A stretch of 64,000 bases of DNA from a virus. The stretch's first letter is position 1. Each line of letters begins with the position of its first letter. The DNA lies in the IMG/VR virus record IMGVR_UViG_3300021399_000007, positions 5,874 through 69,873 of that record. One strand, written 5' to 3'. Below, piece by piece: positions 1-10,754 of this stretch. The notes beneath the pieces are model-generated. The model saw only the letters and a list, made by a program, of their open reading frames with translations, did not search any database and was not told the DNA's origin. A program made the position numbers and the translations under genes.

Positions 1-2
1 TA

Positions 3-1147
3 AGTCATTGGCTTGAAGTAGTAACTTGGAGAAAACAACATTACGAAAAAATTTTATTTAAAGAAGGTATATTTGAAGAAAGAAATGCAGGTTTTCAAAC
101 TAGTGGAGCACCTTCAGCAGACGGAACAAAAGTTTCTTGGCAACCTTCTGAAGAATTTTTTACTCATACTGAAGTTGAAATAAATAAAATTAGAGATTTA
201 TTTAAAACTATTGTTTGTCTTTGTCCTGGGTTAACTATTAATTTAAACAATAATGGAAAAGAAGAGCATTACATTTCAACAAAAGGACTTCATGATCTTA
301 TTGATGAAGCAGTCGGTGATAAAGAAATAATTAATAATAGATTTAGTGTAATATATAATGAACCTCATGGAAAAAATAAATTAGATATTGCATTAACATA
401 TACATCTAACTATTCTTCAACTATTGTTCCTTATGTTAATACTGGCCTAACAGAATCTGGGCCTCATATTACTCAGATTAAAACTATTATTACAAAAGAA
501 TTTAATAAATTCTTTAAAGAAAAGAAATGGTTGAAAGAAAAAGATACTAATTTAACTGGTGATGATATTCAAGAGGGAATGTATGTGGTATTTAATATTA
601 CTGCTCCTAATGTTGGATATGATGCACAGGTCAAAAGTAGAATTACAAAAATTGATATGACGCCATTTACTTCTGCTTTAAGCACAAATCTTGAAATATG
701 GCTAAATAACAATGAAAAAGAAATAAAAAGTATTTTTGAAAAGGCAGTTGCCGCGCGTAAAGCACGAGACGCCGCAAAGAAAGCAAGAGACAAGGCAAGA
801 GAGCAAAATAAAAAGAAACAGAAAGCTCTTAAATTTGATAGTAAACTTGCTGATTGCAATTCAAAGGATAGAAGTAAGTGTGAAATTTATATTACTGAGG
901 GAGATAGTGCATCTGGTAATTTAAAACTTGCTCGTGATAATGAAACACAGGCGGTTATGCCAGTTAGAGGTAAAATTTTAAATACTCAGAAAGCTACTTT
1001 TGCACAAATCCAAAAAAATGCAGAAATTATGACAATGTGCGATGCGTTTTTTGGACCTGGAGATTGGTCTATTGATCCTAAAACTCTCAAGGTAACATAT
1101 CATCAAGTAAGATATGGAAAAATTATTATCATGTCTGATGCCGACGT
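3..1147 (+). CDS. Type II DNA topoisomerase large (ATPase/TOPRIM) subunit, GyrB / T4 gp39-like, exon 1 (5' end lies outside the window)
   Basis: Open frame from the window start. TOPRIM motifs EGDSA and PVRGKILN are present. Homology to GyrB (IIIMSDADV...) stops abruptly at 1147 and resumes at 2205. Confidence 0.8.
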
Positions 1148-2204
1148 CAGTAACACGGCGTATGAAAGACTTTTCGCTTAATCAGGCGGGTAAAAATTTT
1201 TGGTCAACTTTGTATTATGTGATATGTACATTTTTCATATAATATGAAGGAGAAAAGAATTTTTGCTAACGGGGAATCCTAAACCAAATGGCATGGAAAT
1301 CCCGTGGGAAACAAATATTAATTCATTCTCTTTCAATAAATCAATGAAGGAGAATAAAAATGATAGGAATTTATAAAATTACAGAAAGAAATAATCCAAC
1401 AAATTTTTATGTTGGTCAATCAAATGATATAGATAGAAGATTTAAAGAGCATATTTATAAAACATCAAAACAATCACGTATTCCTTTTGATGATTAGATA
1501 ACTAATAAAGGAAAAGATGCTTTTTTATTTGAAGTATTAGAAGTATGTTCTATAGATGAATTAAATGATAAAGAAAAATATTGGATAAATAAATTAAACG
1601 CTATAAAATCTGGCAATAAAAATGAAGGTGGATTAACAGATGTCATAGGCAGTCACAATCCAAAAGCAAAATTAACAGAAGAAGATGTGATTCGAATTAG
1701 ACAAGCTTATGCCAACCATGAGCGCCAAAAAGATGTATATAAAGAATTTGAAAACAAAATTTCTTTTGGTTATTTTCAAAATCTTTGGCAAGGCAGATCT
1801 TGGTCACATGTTATGTCAGAAGTCTTTACGGAAGCGAATAAACAATATTATATTTATCAAAATTCACAGGGTAGTAATGGAGTTTCCGCTCAATTTACTG
1901 ATGAAGAAGTAATTCAACTTCGACATAGATATGTAAATGAAACTGCCAAAAAAATTTATGAAGATTATAAAGATCGAGTATCCTATCAAACATTTCAAGC
2001 TATGCTTTGGGGAAGAAGTTACTCAACGCTTCCTATTTATAAAAAGAAAGAAAAGAAATGGATTAATATTTGAACCTGTATCGACTATTCCCTTTGCCTT
2101 CTGGGCGGGGAAGTAGGACTGCTATTGATACGCAGTTCGAAATGGTCTCCTCTCAATAGAGAGTAAAAGATAGTCAGTGCTTATGGAAACATAAGAATAA
2201 CACG
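1148..2204 (+). mobile_element. Group I (IA-like) self-splicing intron interrupting the topoisomerase gene
   Basis: The exon reading DADV|DGAHI is restored by joining 1147 to 2205. The 5' exon ends in T and the intron ends in G. A T4 td-like core is present (CTAACGGGGAATCC ... GGAAATCCCGTGGG P3/P4/P6-like; GGACTGC...TAGTC P7-like; GNRA hairpin CTTATGGAAACATAAG P9-like). It contains a homing endonuclease ORF. Confidence 0.65.
1369..2073 (+). CDS. Intron-encoded GIY-YIG homing endonuclease (contains one in-frame TAG at ~1495)
   Basis: N-terminal GIYKITE...YVGQS...RFKEH...E..YWI GIY-YIG motifs. The frame continues through TAG into track ORF 1687..2073. Confidence 0.7.
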
Positions 2205-2613
2205 CGATGGAGCACATATTAAAAATCTTTTTTATACATTTATATGGAATTTTTGTCCAGATTTAATTAAAGATGGTTATGTATATGCGGGCGTGCCACC
2301 TCTTTATAAAATCACTCTCGCCGCAAATAAAGGATATAAATATCTTAAAAATGATGAAGCATTAGCTGAATATCAAAAAGAAAACAAAGGAAAGAAATAT
2401 CAAGTTGGACGCATGAAAGGACTCGGTGAGATGAACGTCGAAGAGACGGAAGAAACACTTACAGATCCTAATAATAGAATTATTAAACAAATTAATGTTG
2501 AAGATATTGTGGCAGCTGATAAACTTTTCAATGATTTAATGGGGAACGCAGTTATCCCACGTAAACGTTATATTAAAGAACACAGTTCCGAGGCAACTTA
2601 TAATGCAGAATAA
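2205..2613 (+). CDS. Topoisomerase II large subunit, exon 2 (C-terminal part)
   Basis: DGAHIKNLFYTF...GVPPLYKI...GLGEMN matches the GyrB C-terminal region. It is in frame with track ORF 2293..2613, with no stop back to 2205. Confidence 0.75.
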
Positions 2614-2990
2614 TCGTTTAATTCAAATGAATCAATGGGGTTCATATATCTATGTTGGAAAATATAAAAAAGGTATTTATAGAAATTGGGGAGATTATGC
2701 AGAAGATTTAAATCCTCAAAGTATAGAATAGATTATGAAAAAGTTATATTACTTTGAAGAAAATTTAGAAGCATTATAGGAGGATTTAAATAAAATAAAA
2801 TAAATGAGAAATAATTAGCAAAAATTAATAGATATTATGTTCGAAATTGCATTAATGATTCATAACCATCCATATTTCCAAGATAAAAATAATGAAAAAA
2901 TATGTGAATGGATTAGAGATCAACTAAAACAATGCGGTTTTGAAACTACACCTCTTGGCAGCAGTTGGGGAGTATTAAAGGAGATTAAAA

Positions 2991-5333
2991 ATGCAAAATG
3001 ATTTAACAAAAGAATTAGGTACAAATTTTATAGAATATGCTGTTGCAGTTAATACTGATCGAGCTATCCCTAATGCGAAAGATGGATTAAAGCCTGTTGC
3101 AAAACGAATCTTATGGGGCGCAGAAGATAAAACTAAATGTGTATCAAGTAAACCACATGTAAAAGCAGCTAAACTTGTTGGTGATATTATGGGTACTTAT
3201 CATCCGCATGGTGATAGCTCAATTTATGGTGCTCTTGTACGCCTTTCTCAAAATTGGGTTATGCGTTATCCATTAATTGATTTCCATGGTAATAATGGTA
3301 ATATTATTGGAGATGGCCCTGCACATATGCGTTATACTGAATGTAGATTAAGTAAACTTGCAGAAGATGGGCTTCTTCAAGGAACAAAGAAAAATAATGT
3401 TGATTTCATTCCTAACTATGATGAAACAACAGAGGAGCCAGTATCTCTTCCAAGTATTTTCCCTAATTTACTTTGTAATCCTAATAGCGGTATTGGTGTA
3501 GCTATGGCTTGCTCCTGGGCACCACATAATCTTGGTGAAGTAGCTGCGGCAATTAACCAATATTTATCTGGAGAAGAACCCATGTTGCCTGGTCCAGATT
3601 TTCCAACAGGTGGAATTATTATTAATCAAAAAGAAATTCCTGCAATTATGCGAACTGGACATGGTAGCGTAAAAGTTCGTGGTAAGTTTGAAATTGATAA
3701 GCAAAAAATTATTTTTACAGAAATTCCTTATGGAACATCTGTTGAAGGATTGATGACTGAAATTGGCGAAGTTTCAGATGCAAAGGAAATTGAAGGCATT
3801 GATAATATTCGTGATGAGTCTAATAAAAAAGGTGTTAGAATTGTCATTGAATGCGATAAAGGTATCAATCCTGCAAGTATTGTAAATAAACTTTTTGCAA
3901 AAACAAATTTACAAAGTTCATTTAGCTATAATCAGGTTGCTCTTGTCGATAAAGTGCCAACTGAATTAAATCTTAAAGATTGTATTAAAATCTATGTTGA
4001 CCATAATATTGATTGCATAACAAGAGAAACTAAATTTGATTTAGATAAGGCCATTGATAGACTTGAAATTGTTAATGGTTTACTGCGGGCACTTGAGGAT
4101 ATTGACAACATCATAGCGCTGATTAAAGGCTCCGAAAATGCAATTGCCGCAAAAGAAGCATTAATTAAGAAATATCAGTTCACAGAAAATCAAGCTAAAG
4201 CAATTTTAGCTATGAGACTTTCTTCTCTTGCAAAACTTGAAAAAGTTGAATTAGAGAAAGAAGCCGAAGATTTAAAAAATAAAATTTTTATGCTTAATCA
4301 GATTTTAGATAGTCGAGATGAGCAAATCGGAATTCTTAAAGTGCGACTTCAAGGACTAGTAAATAAATACGGTGACGCTCGTCGTACTGAACTAACTAAT
4401 ATTGAAGTAAAACCAGAAGATAAAATTATTGAGGAAGTTACTCCAGAAGATTGTGTTGTAATTCTTTCTCAAACTGGAGATATTAAACGTATACCTAAAA
4501 ATAGCTTTAAGGTACAACGCAAAAATGGGAAAGGCGTTAAGACAAAAGATGATGTAATTATGTCTACCATCTCTACTAATACTATTGATAATCTTCTTCT
4601 CTTTACTAAAAAAGGAAAAATGTTTAAAATTATCGTAGATGAAGTACCAGTTGGAACAAATGTATCAAAAGGCGTCCATGTTGGAACTTTAATTAATATG
4701 GATCAAGATGATGAAGTGATTGCTATCACTTCTTTGGCAAGAAGTAATACTGCAAAATATGTAGTATTCTTTACTAAACAAGGTTTGATGAAAAAAACTC
4801 TTCTTGATGAATATACAAAAGTGAAACGTAGTACAGGAATTGCCGCCATTAAATTAAACGATGGTGATTCTATTGCCAATGTAGAATTTATGAACGAAGA
4901 AGATATTCTTATTATTACTAAAAATGGAATGTCTATTCATTTTGAAAGCAAAAATGTTAATCCTATTGGTAGAGTTGCGGCAGGCGTTAAAACTATAAAA
5001 TTAGATGACAATGATGAGGTTGTTGTGGGACTTCCAATTCATTCAGACAATGATACTGTTGCTATTTTTTCTACAAAAGGATATGGTAAAAAGACTTCTA
5101 TTAAAGAATTTACAGTTCAGGGTAGAGGCGGAAAAGGTTTGGTAATTTATCGACCAAGTGCGGTATATGGTGAAATTGTAGGTGCGGCAGTTGTATCAGA
5201 TAAAGACGCCATTCTTCTTTCAGGCCAGCCTAATTCTATATGCATTGCCGCAACTGATTTACCATTATTAACTAGAACTAGTTTTGGTAATATCATGATA
5301 AAATCTAATATTTCATCGGTGGTAAAAATATGA
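2991..5333 (+). CDS. Type II DNA topoisomerase subunit A (GyrA/ParC / T4 gp52-like)
   Basis: 780 aa. N-terminal GyrA signature with the catalytic Tyr in AHMRYTE, plus a C-terminal beta-pinwheel-like repeat region. Confidence 0.85.
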   Translation: MQNDLTKELGTNFIEYAVAVNTDRAIPNAKDGLKPVAKRILWGAEDKTKCVSSKPHVKAAKLVGDIMGTYHPHGDSSIYGALVRLSQNWVMRYPLIDFHGNNGNIIGDGPAHMRYTECRLSKLAEDGLLQGTKKNNVDFIPNYDETTEEPVSLPSIFPNLLCNPNSGIGVAMACSWAPHNLGEVAAAINQYLSGEEPMLPGPDFPTGGIIINQKEIPAIMRTGHGSVKVRGKFEIDKQKIIFTEIPYGTSVEGLMTEIGEVSDAKEIEGIDNIRDESNKKGVRIVIECDKGINPASIVNKLFAKTNLQSSFSYNQVALVDKVPTELNLKDCIKIYVDHNIDCITRETKFDLDKAIDRLEIVNGLLRALEDIDNIIALIKGSENAIAAKEALIKKYQFTENQAKAILAMRLSSLAKLEKVELEKEAEDLKNKIFMLNQILDSRDEQIGILKVRLQGLVNKYGDARRTELTNIEVKPEDKIIEEVTPEDCVVILSQTGDIKRIPKNSFKVQRKNGKGVKTKDDVIMSTISTNTIDNLLLFTKKGKMFKIIVDEVPVGTNVSKGVHVGTLINMDQDDEVIAITSLARSNTAKYVVFFTKQGLMKKTLLDEYTKVKRSTGIAAIKLNDGDSIANVEFMNEEDILIITKNGMSIHFESKNVNPIGRVAAGVKTIKLDDNDEVVVGLPIHSDNDTVAIFSTKGYGKKTSIKEFTVQGRGGKGLVIYRPSAVYGEIVGAAVVSDKDAILLSGQPNSICIAATDLPLLTRTSFGNIMIKSNISSVVKI

Positions 5334-5566
5334 GTAAAAATTTTGAAATTATAAATAGAGAAAATATTTATATTGAAGATAAGCCTCAATATATTACTCT
5401 TTTTTATAAGAATAAAGCATATACATTTATAATTGAAAGAACTGGATATAAAGACTTTAATTTTTATTATTCTAGTGATTCAATTCCTGATGATATTACA
5501 AAAAAAGAAATTGAAAATTTTTGTTACAATTATTTTATAAATTATGAAGATTGGAATAAAATATGA
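5330..5566 (+). CDS. hypothetical protein
   Basis: ORF overlapping the upstream stop (ATGA). Confidence 0.4.
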   Translation: MSKNFEIINRENIYIEDKPQYITLFYKNKAYTFIIERTGYKDFNFYYSSDSIPDDITKKEIENFCYNYFINYEDWNKI

Positions 5567-5722
5567 ATAAATTAAATTGTCCTAACTGCGGAGTGCCAAT
5601 CTTCGCAGATAATTATAAAACTTAGTGATGTAAAAAAATAATATTAAATTAATTAGAATATCAATATAAACAATTAGACACTTTAACTATAGATGATTTA
5701 ATAATATAATGGGTGATTTAAT

Positions 5723-7660
5723 ATGACAATGCGTGGAATAATAGATATGCTTAATTATCATACTACATTATATGATAAAGGTAAAAGTGTATGGTCTGAT
5801 AAAGAATGGGATGAATTATATTTTAAACTTCAAAAATTAGAAAAAGAAACTGGTATTATTTATCCAGATTCACCAACTCAAAAAGTTTATTTTGAAAAAG
5901 TTTCTGAATTAAAAAAAGTTAAACATAATCATCCAATGTTGTCTCTTGATAAAACAAAAGATATAGAAGATATCAAATCTTTTATAAAAGGACATGATTG
6001 GGTGGCCATGGCAAAAATGGACGGATTAACTTGTTCATTACATTATGTTGATGGAAAACTGGTTTCCGCAGAGACAAGAGGAAATGGTATAGAAGGAGAA
6101 GATATTACTCATAATGCTTTAATAATTTCATCTATCCCTAATCAAATTAATTATAAAAAAGAATTAATTATTGATGGAGAAATTATTTGTACTTACAAAA
6201 ATTTTGAAAATTTTAACACTGAGTATAAAAATCCACGAAATTTTGCGAGTGGCAGTATTAGACTACTTGATTCAAAAGAATGTGTAAAAAGAAAATTAGA
6301 TTTCATTGCATGGGATGTAATCAAAGGGTTTAATAAAGAGACTTTGACAGAAAATCTTATTGAATTACGGCAGATTGGTTTTACAACAGTTCCATTAACA
6401 ATTAAAAATTTAATAACTCCAGATATTAATTCTGCAATAAATTTTTTAAAGGAACATTGTGAATTAAAGTCATATCCTATTGATGGGATTGTATTTAAAT
6501 ATGATAATGTTAAAGAGTATGAGGCGGCTGGCCGCACAGATCATCATTTTAAGGGCGGCTTAGCGTATAAGTTCTATGATGAAACTTATGAAACTCATTT
6601 AAAATATATCCAATGGACAATGGGAAGAACTGGTGTTCTTACTCCAGTAGCAGTATTTGATCCTATTGATATTGATGGTTCAATAGTAGAAAGAGCAAGT
6701 TTACATAATTTAAGTGTAATGGAAAATATTTTAGGTATTCCTTTTGAAAAACAAAAATTACAGGTTTTTAAAGCAAATATGATTGTTCCGCAAATTTATA
6801 GTGCAGAAAAACCAAAAGAAAAACCTAGTAGTCCTATTATTCCATTAATAGAAAAATGTCCTATTTGCGGTGAAGATGTAGAAATTATTAACAATAATGG
6901 TGTAAAAATTATTGTATGTACTAATCCCTCATGCCAGGGGAAATTTATTAATATACTTGAGCATTTTTGTGGGAAAAAGGGTCTTGATATTAAAGGATTA
7001 TCTAAAGCTACTTTTCAAAAGTTAATTGATTGGGGATGGCTTGAAAATCTTGAAGGAGTTTTTAATCTTAATCAATATAGAAATGAATGGATTAAAAAGC
7101 CTGGTTTTGGAATAACTTCTGTAGATAAAATCTTAAAATCAATAGAAGAGCATAGACATACAACACTTGATGCCTTTATATCTGCGATTGGTATCCCCCT
7201 TATAGGGCGGGCAGTAGCAAAAGATTTAATTAATTATTTTGAAACTTATGAAGATTTTCGTAATGCAATTGATGATGATAAATATGATTTTTCCATATTA
7301 GATAATTTTGGAGAAGAAATGAATAAAAGTATTAAAAATTTTGATTATGCGGAAGCTGACAGAATTTCTAAACTTTTAATTTTTGAAACTCCTGTTGTTA
7401 ACAACGTTCAAATAAATAATAGTCTTACAGGAAAAACTATAGTTATTACGGGAAAACTTACTACATTTAAAAATAGAGCTGAATTAAAAGCTGTTATTGA
7501 ATCTCATGGTGGAAAGGTATCAGATTCTATTTCTGGCAAGACTGATTTATTAATTAACAATGATGTAAATAGCACATCATCTAAAAACAAAGCTGCGAAG
7601 GCACGCAATATACCTATTGTTTCAGAACTAGATTTTATAAAGCAATATATTGAAAACTAA
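5723..7660 (+). CDS. ligA: NAD+-dependent DNA ligase (LigA-type)
   Basis: KMDGLT adenylation motif, a Cys4 zinc finger (CPICGE...CTNPSCQG), HhH region and a C-terminal BRCT-like domain. 645 aa. Confidence 0.85.
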   Translation: MTMRGIIDMLNYHTTLYDKGKSVWSDKEWDELYFKLQKLEKETGIIYPDSPTQKVYFEKVSELKKVKHNHPMLSLDKTKDIEDIKSFIKGHDWVAMAKMDGLTCSLHYVDGKLVSAETRGNGIEGEDITHNALIISSIPNQINYKKELIIDGEIICTYKNFENFNTEYKNPRNFASGSIRLLDSKECVKRKLDFIAWDVIKGFNKETLTENLIELRQIGFTTVPLTIKNLITPDINSAINFLKEHCELKSYPIDGIVFKYDNVKEYEAAGRTDHHFKGGLAYKFYDETYETHLKYIQWTMGRTGVLTPVAVFDPIDIDGSIVERASLHNLSVMENILGIPFEKQKLQVFKANMIVPQIYSAEKPKEKPSSPIIPLIEKCPICGEDVEIINNNGVKIIVCTNPSCQGKFINILEHFCGKKGLDIKGLSKATFQKLIDWGWLENLEGVFNLNQYRNEWIKKPGFGITSVDKILKSIEEHRHTTLDAFISAIGIPLIGRAVAKDLINYFETYEDFRNAIDDDKYDFSILDNFGEEMNKSIKNFDYAEADRISKLLIFETPVVNNVQINNSLTGKTIVITGKLTTFKNRAELKAVIESHGGKVSDSISGKTDLLINNDVNSTSSKNKAAKARNIPIVSELDFIKQYIEN

Positions 7661-7881
7661 AGAAAATTTTTATATAATATAATTGTAAATAAGATGAATA
7701 GTTACGAAGAGTTGTAGTCGGAAGCAAAGAAAACAAAAATTAAAAATAATATTTATTTCACCTGTTATTTTTCTTGATTTTTTAAAAAATTTTTGATATA
7801 ATAAAAATACAGATGATAAATATAAATTCATCTTAATTAAATAATAAACAAATATATATATAATTACAAGGAGAAAAAAAT

Positions 7882-8169
7882 ATGTTAAAAGAAAATAGTA
7901 AAATTGTTTATGATTTTGTAAAAGCACACGATGGAGAAGATTTTACTGCACAGGATATTGCAGATGCAACAGGACTTTCTGTTCGTTCGGTTAATGGTAT
8001 TGTGACTTCTGCTTTCCAGCGTCATAAGGATAAGGATAAGAACGAAATTCCTCTTATGGTTCGTGTTCCTGCAGAAATTGAAGATCCTGAAACAGGACTT
8101 CATAAGGCAATTAAGTTTATTCAGCTTACAGATACAGGCCGCGAATTCGACCCTGACGCCGAAGATTAA
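7882..8169 (+). CDS. hypothetical protein
   Basis: ORF with an RBS AAGGAG, following a TGTTATAATATAA-type promoter region. Confidence 0.4.
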   Translation: MLKENSKIVYDFVKAHDGEDFTAQDIADATGLSVRSVNGIVTSAFQRHKDKDKNEIPLMVRVPAEIEDPETGLHKAIKFIQLTDTGREFDPDAED

Positions 8170-8231
8170 TCTTAATTATATTGTGAGGGTTAGATAAAAT
8201 TTATCTAACCCTCTTTTATATTGGAGAAAAA

Positions 8232-8822
8232 ATGTTATTTATAATATTAAGTTTTATTTTTTTAATATTTGGTTTAATTCTTTTTTACAAAGCCAATCAA
8301 ATAAAAATTAATAAAAATGAATAGCAAGAAAAATATAAACAAATATTAAAAAATCAAATTACTCAATTAAAAATTGAGATTGATGCTTTAAAGCAATCTC
8401 AATTTAAAAAACAAAAAGAAATTGATTAGTAGTTAATACAATGGCAGGCTAATCGTAAAAAAGAAATTGAAGTATATATAGAAAGTCAAAAACAATTAGC
8501 TGATCAAACTGTAAATACAGTATATGAATCTGCCCAAAAGCAAATTTCAGATATTAATAATGATATTCAAAGTACTCGTAATATAGCATTGCAAGAAAAA
8601 AAATAGATACAAACTGAAATTAATAAATTAAAAGCCTCATTAAGTGCGGGTGTTGAAGCTCGTCTCCGCGAACAATAGAAAAAAGATAAAATTAATTTTT
8701 ATAAACTTTCTATTTCTGAAGCAGATTTAGCTGATGTAAAAATGCTATAGAATTTAAAATCTTCTTTTCATAAACCTGTTGTTTTAAGTAAACTTATATG
8801 GACTCAATATTTCCAAAAACAA
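8232..8822 (+). CDS. Membrane-anchored coiled-coil protein with 6 in-frame TAG codons (possibly fused to the downstream endonuclease frame)
   Basis: ATG at 8232, an N-terminal hydrophobic helix, and a Q/K-rich coiled coil. TAGs include a tandem TAGTAG. The same frame continues into 8823 with no TAA or TGA. Confidence 0.4.
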
Positions 8823-9149
8823 ATGACAGAATTATGTGATAGAATTTTAGGAAAAAAGACTGTTTGTGGCATTTATAAAATTACTAATTTATTAACAGAA
8901 CAATGTTATATTGGTCAAAGTGTTAATATTAGTGATAGATGGAAGCAACATTGTAAATGCGGTTTAGGTATTGAAGCATCCGCAACAAATGTTTTATATA
9001 ATGCCATGCAAAAAAATGGAGTATGGAATTTTAGTTTTGAATTATTAGAATAGTGTTCAAAAGATCAATTAAATGAAAAAGAAAGATTTTGGATATAGAT
9101 GTATCAAAGTAATAAATTTGGTTTAAATACTACAAAGGGGAATTTATAA
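8823..9149 (+). CDS. Free-standing GIY-YIG homing endonuclease (2 in-frame TAG)
   Basis: GIYKITN...YIGQS...RWKQH...FELLE(TAG)CS..NEKERFWI(TAG)MYQ parallels the intron HEG segment LEVCS..NDKEKYWINKL residue for residue, with TAG at sense positions. Ends at TAA 9147-9149. Confidence 0.6.
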
Positions 9150-9379
9150 TGATTAAAGTTTTTACTTTAAATAAAAATAATAAAATTGAATTAACTAAAT
9201 AGGAATTACAAAAGTTATTAGATGAATCTTATTGGGAGGGCAGAAATTCAGTTTATATCTCACCCTCTTGGACATATGTTTCTCCAACTAAATGGACTTG
9301 TGATACCACAACAGAGCCATTATCAACAAACGCAGCAACCGCAACAATTATAGTAGGAGATAATAAAAATGAAATTTGA
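9149..9379 (+). CDS. hypothetical protein (1 in-frame TAG)
   Basis: ATG overlapping the upstream TAA. One TAG. Stop TGA at ~9377. Confidence 0.3.
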
Positions 9380-10256
9380 AAATACACAAGTTTGGGGATT
9401 TGAACATGCAATACGAGGTATGAGAAATCCTAAAAATAGTTGGGATAAAAGCGATAGTTATTTTAATATTACAGATGATTATGATGAAGGGATTCTTGAT
9501 GTAGCTGACGCCTGGGTTTATCAAAATTATCCTGAGTTGAATGGGCATGAAGATACTAAAGAATTTTTTGATTTAGAAGATAAATGTTGTAATTGGTTAC
9601 TTACAGAAGGAATTTTAAAAGAATCCAAAAATTATCAGTATAGGGATAATGCTTTTATCGGACCTAATGATATGAAACTTGCCCAAACATTGATTAAGGC
9701 CGGTCCAGAACATCGTAAATTTTTACGACAAATTTTTGTATCAGTTGATATTACAGCTCCACTTTATTGGTGGAAATAGATGGATACTTATAAAATTGGA
9801 ACCATCGCTAATAGTACATCAACAATGCATAAATTAACTAGTAAACCTATTACTATTGATTGTTTTGAAACAGATGATATGAATCCTGATTTAATATATT
9901 ATAGTATTCCAGAATATGCAGGTGGACCAGCAAAAAATGATATTGGAATGTTATCTGATTTTATGATTGAACAGCTTGAATTTCTTCGTCAAAAATATAT
10001 TGAAACAAAAAATAAAGGATACTGGAAAGAACTCGTGCGGTGGTTGCCTGAAAGCTGGTTACAAACTAGAACTTGGACCGCAAATTATGAAGTCCTTCAT
10101 ACTATTGCTCATCAACGTAAAAATCATAAGTTAAATGAATGGAGCGGGCAAGATGATCCATCTAAAAATAATTTTATTAAATGGATGCATGAATTACCTT
10201 ATGCTCAATATTTAATTTTTGATGATGAAAATATTCCTTTTCAAATTGAAAAATAA
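9369..10256 (+). CDS. hypothetical protein; track ORFs 9369..9779 and 9780..10256 fused through a single in-frame TAG; weak ThyX-like segment
   Basis: Both ORFs share one frame, separated only by TAG at 9777-9779. APLYWWK(TAG)MDTYK resembles the ThyX APIFVARQWFRHR region, but the RHR motif is absent. Confidence 0.4.
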
Positions 10257-10323
10257 AAAATAAAATGTTATAATATAATTACAAGATGAAAATTATATTA
10301 TAAATGAAAAGGAAAAATCACAA

Positions 10324-10695
10324 ATGACTAAGAAAGAAGCCTTTATTGATTTTGTAAATTATTTTTTTGAAGATAATGATGTACGTTTTGAGAATGATGG
10401 AAAATTTCAATTAGCTAAAGAATTTTTTGAAGATTTTAAAAATAATAAAATCAAAAATTCAGGAGCCATGACAGAAAATGGTAAGAAGTTACTTTCTTGG
10501 ATGCAGGAGAATGTAGATACAATGACTAATCTCTTTACATCCAAAGAAGCAGCTGAAGCCCTTTTTACCTCAGGTCGCTCTATTGCAGGTTCTATGCGTA
10601 AATTGGTAAATGATGGATATGTGGAAAAAACTGGTAAAGATCCCGTCCAGTATTCTCTTACTGAAGCCGGTAAGAGTTATCAATTTGAAAAATAA
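10324..10695 (+). CDS. hypothetical protein
   Basis: ORF with an RBS and an upstream TGTTATAATATAA motif. Confidence 0.4.
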   Translation: MTKKEAFIDFVNYFFEDNDVRFENDGKFQLAKEFFEDFKNNKIKNSGAMTENGKKLLSWMQENVDTMTNLFTSKEAAEALFTSGRSIAGSMRKLVNDGYVEKTGKDPVQYSLTEAGKSYQFEK

Positions 10696-10754
10696 AAAAA
10701 TTTTTGTTATAATATAAAAGTAAAAGTTGATTAATAAAAAGGAGAAAAAATTAA

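Noticed and set aside
569-924. Track ORFs 569..859 (-) and 736..924 (+) inside the topoisomerase gene
   Set aside because: They overlap a strongly supported GyrB-like frame. Low-complexity antisense or alternative-frame artefacts of AT-rich sequence.
2070-2200. Possible tRNA in the intron 3' region (GTTCGAAAT-like T-loop at ~2130; GGTTCAAAT on the minus strand at ~2075)
   Set aside because: No acceptor/D/anticodon arms could be folded. The sequences are better explained as group I intron P7-P9 elements.
5147-6537. Minus-strand ORFs 5147..5389 and 6193..6537
   Set aside because: Antisense to GyrA-like and ligase coding sequence. No RBS and no domain signal.
9369-10256. Thymidylate synthase ThyX call for the fused 9369..10256 ORF
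   Set aside because: Only a short stretch resembles ThyX, and the RHR...S catalytic motif is missing. Kept as hypothetical with a note.
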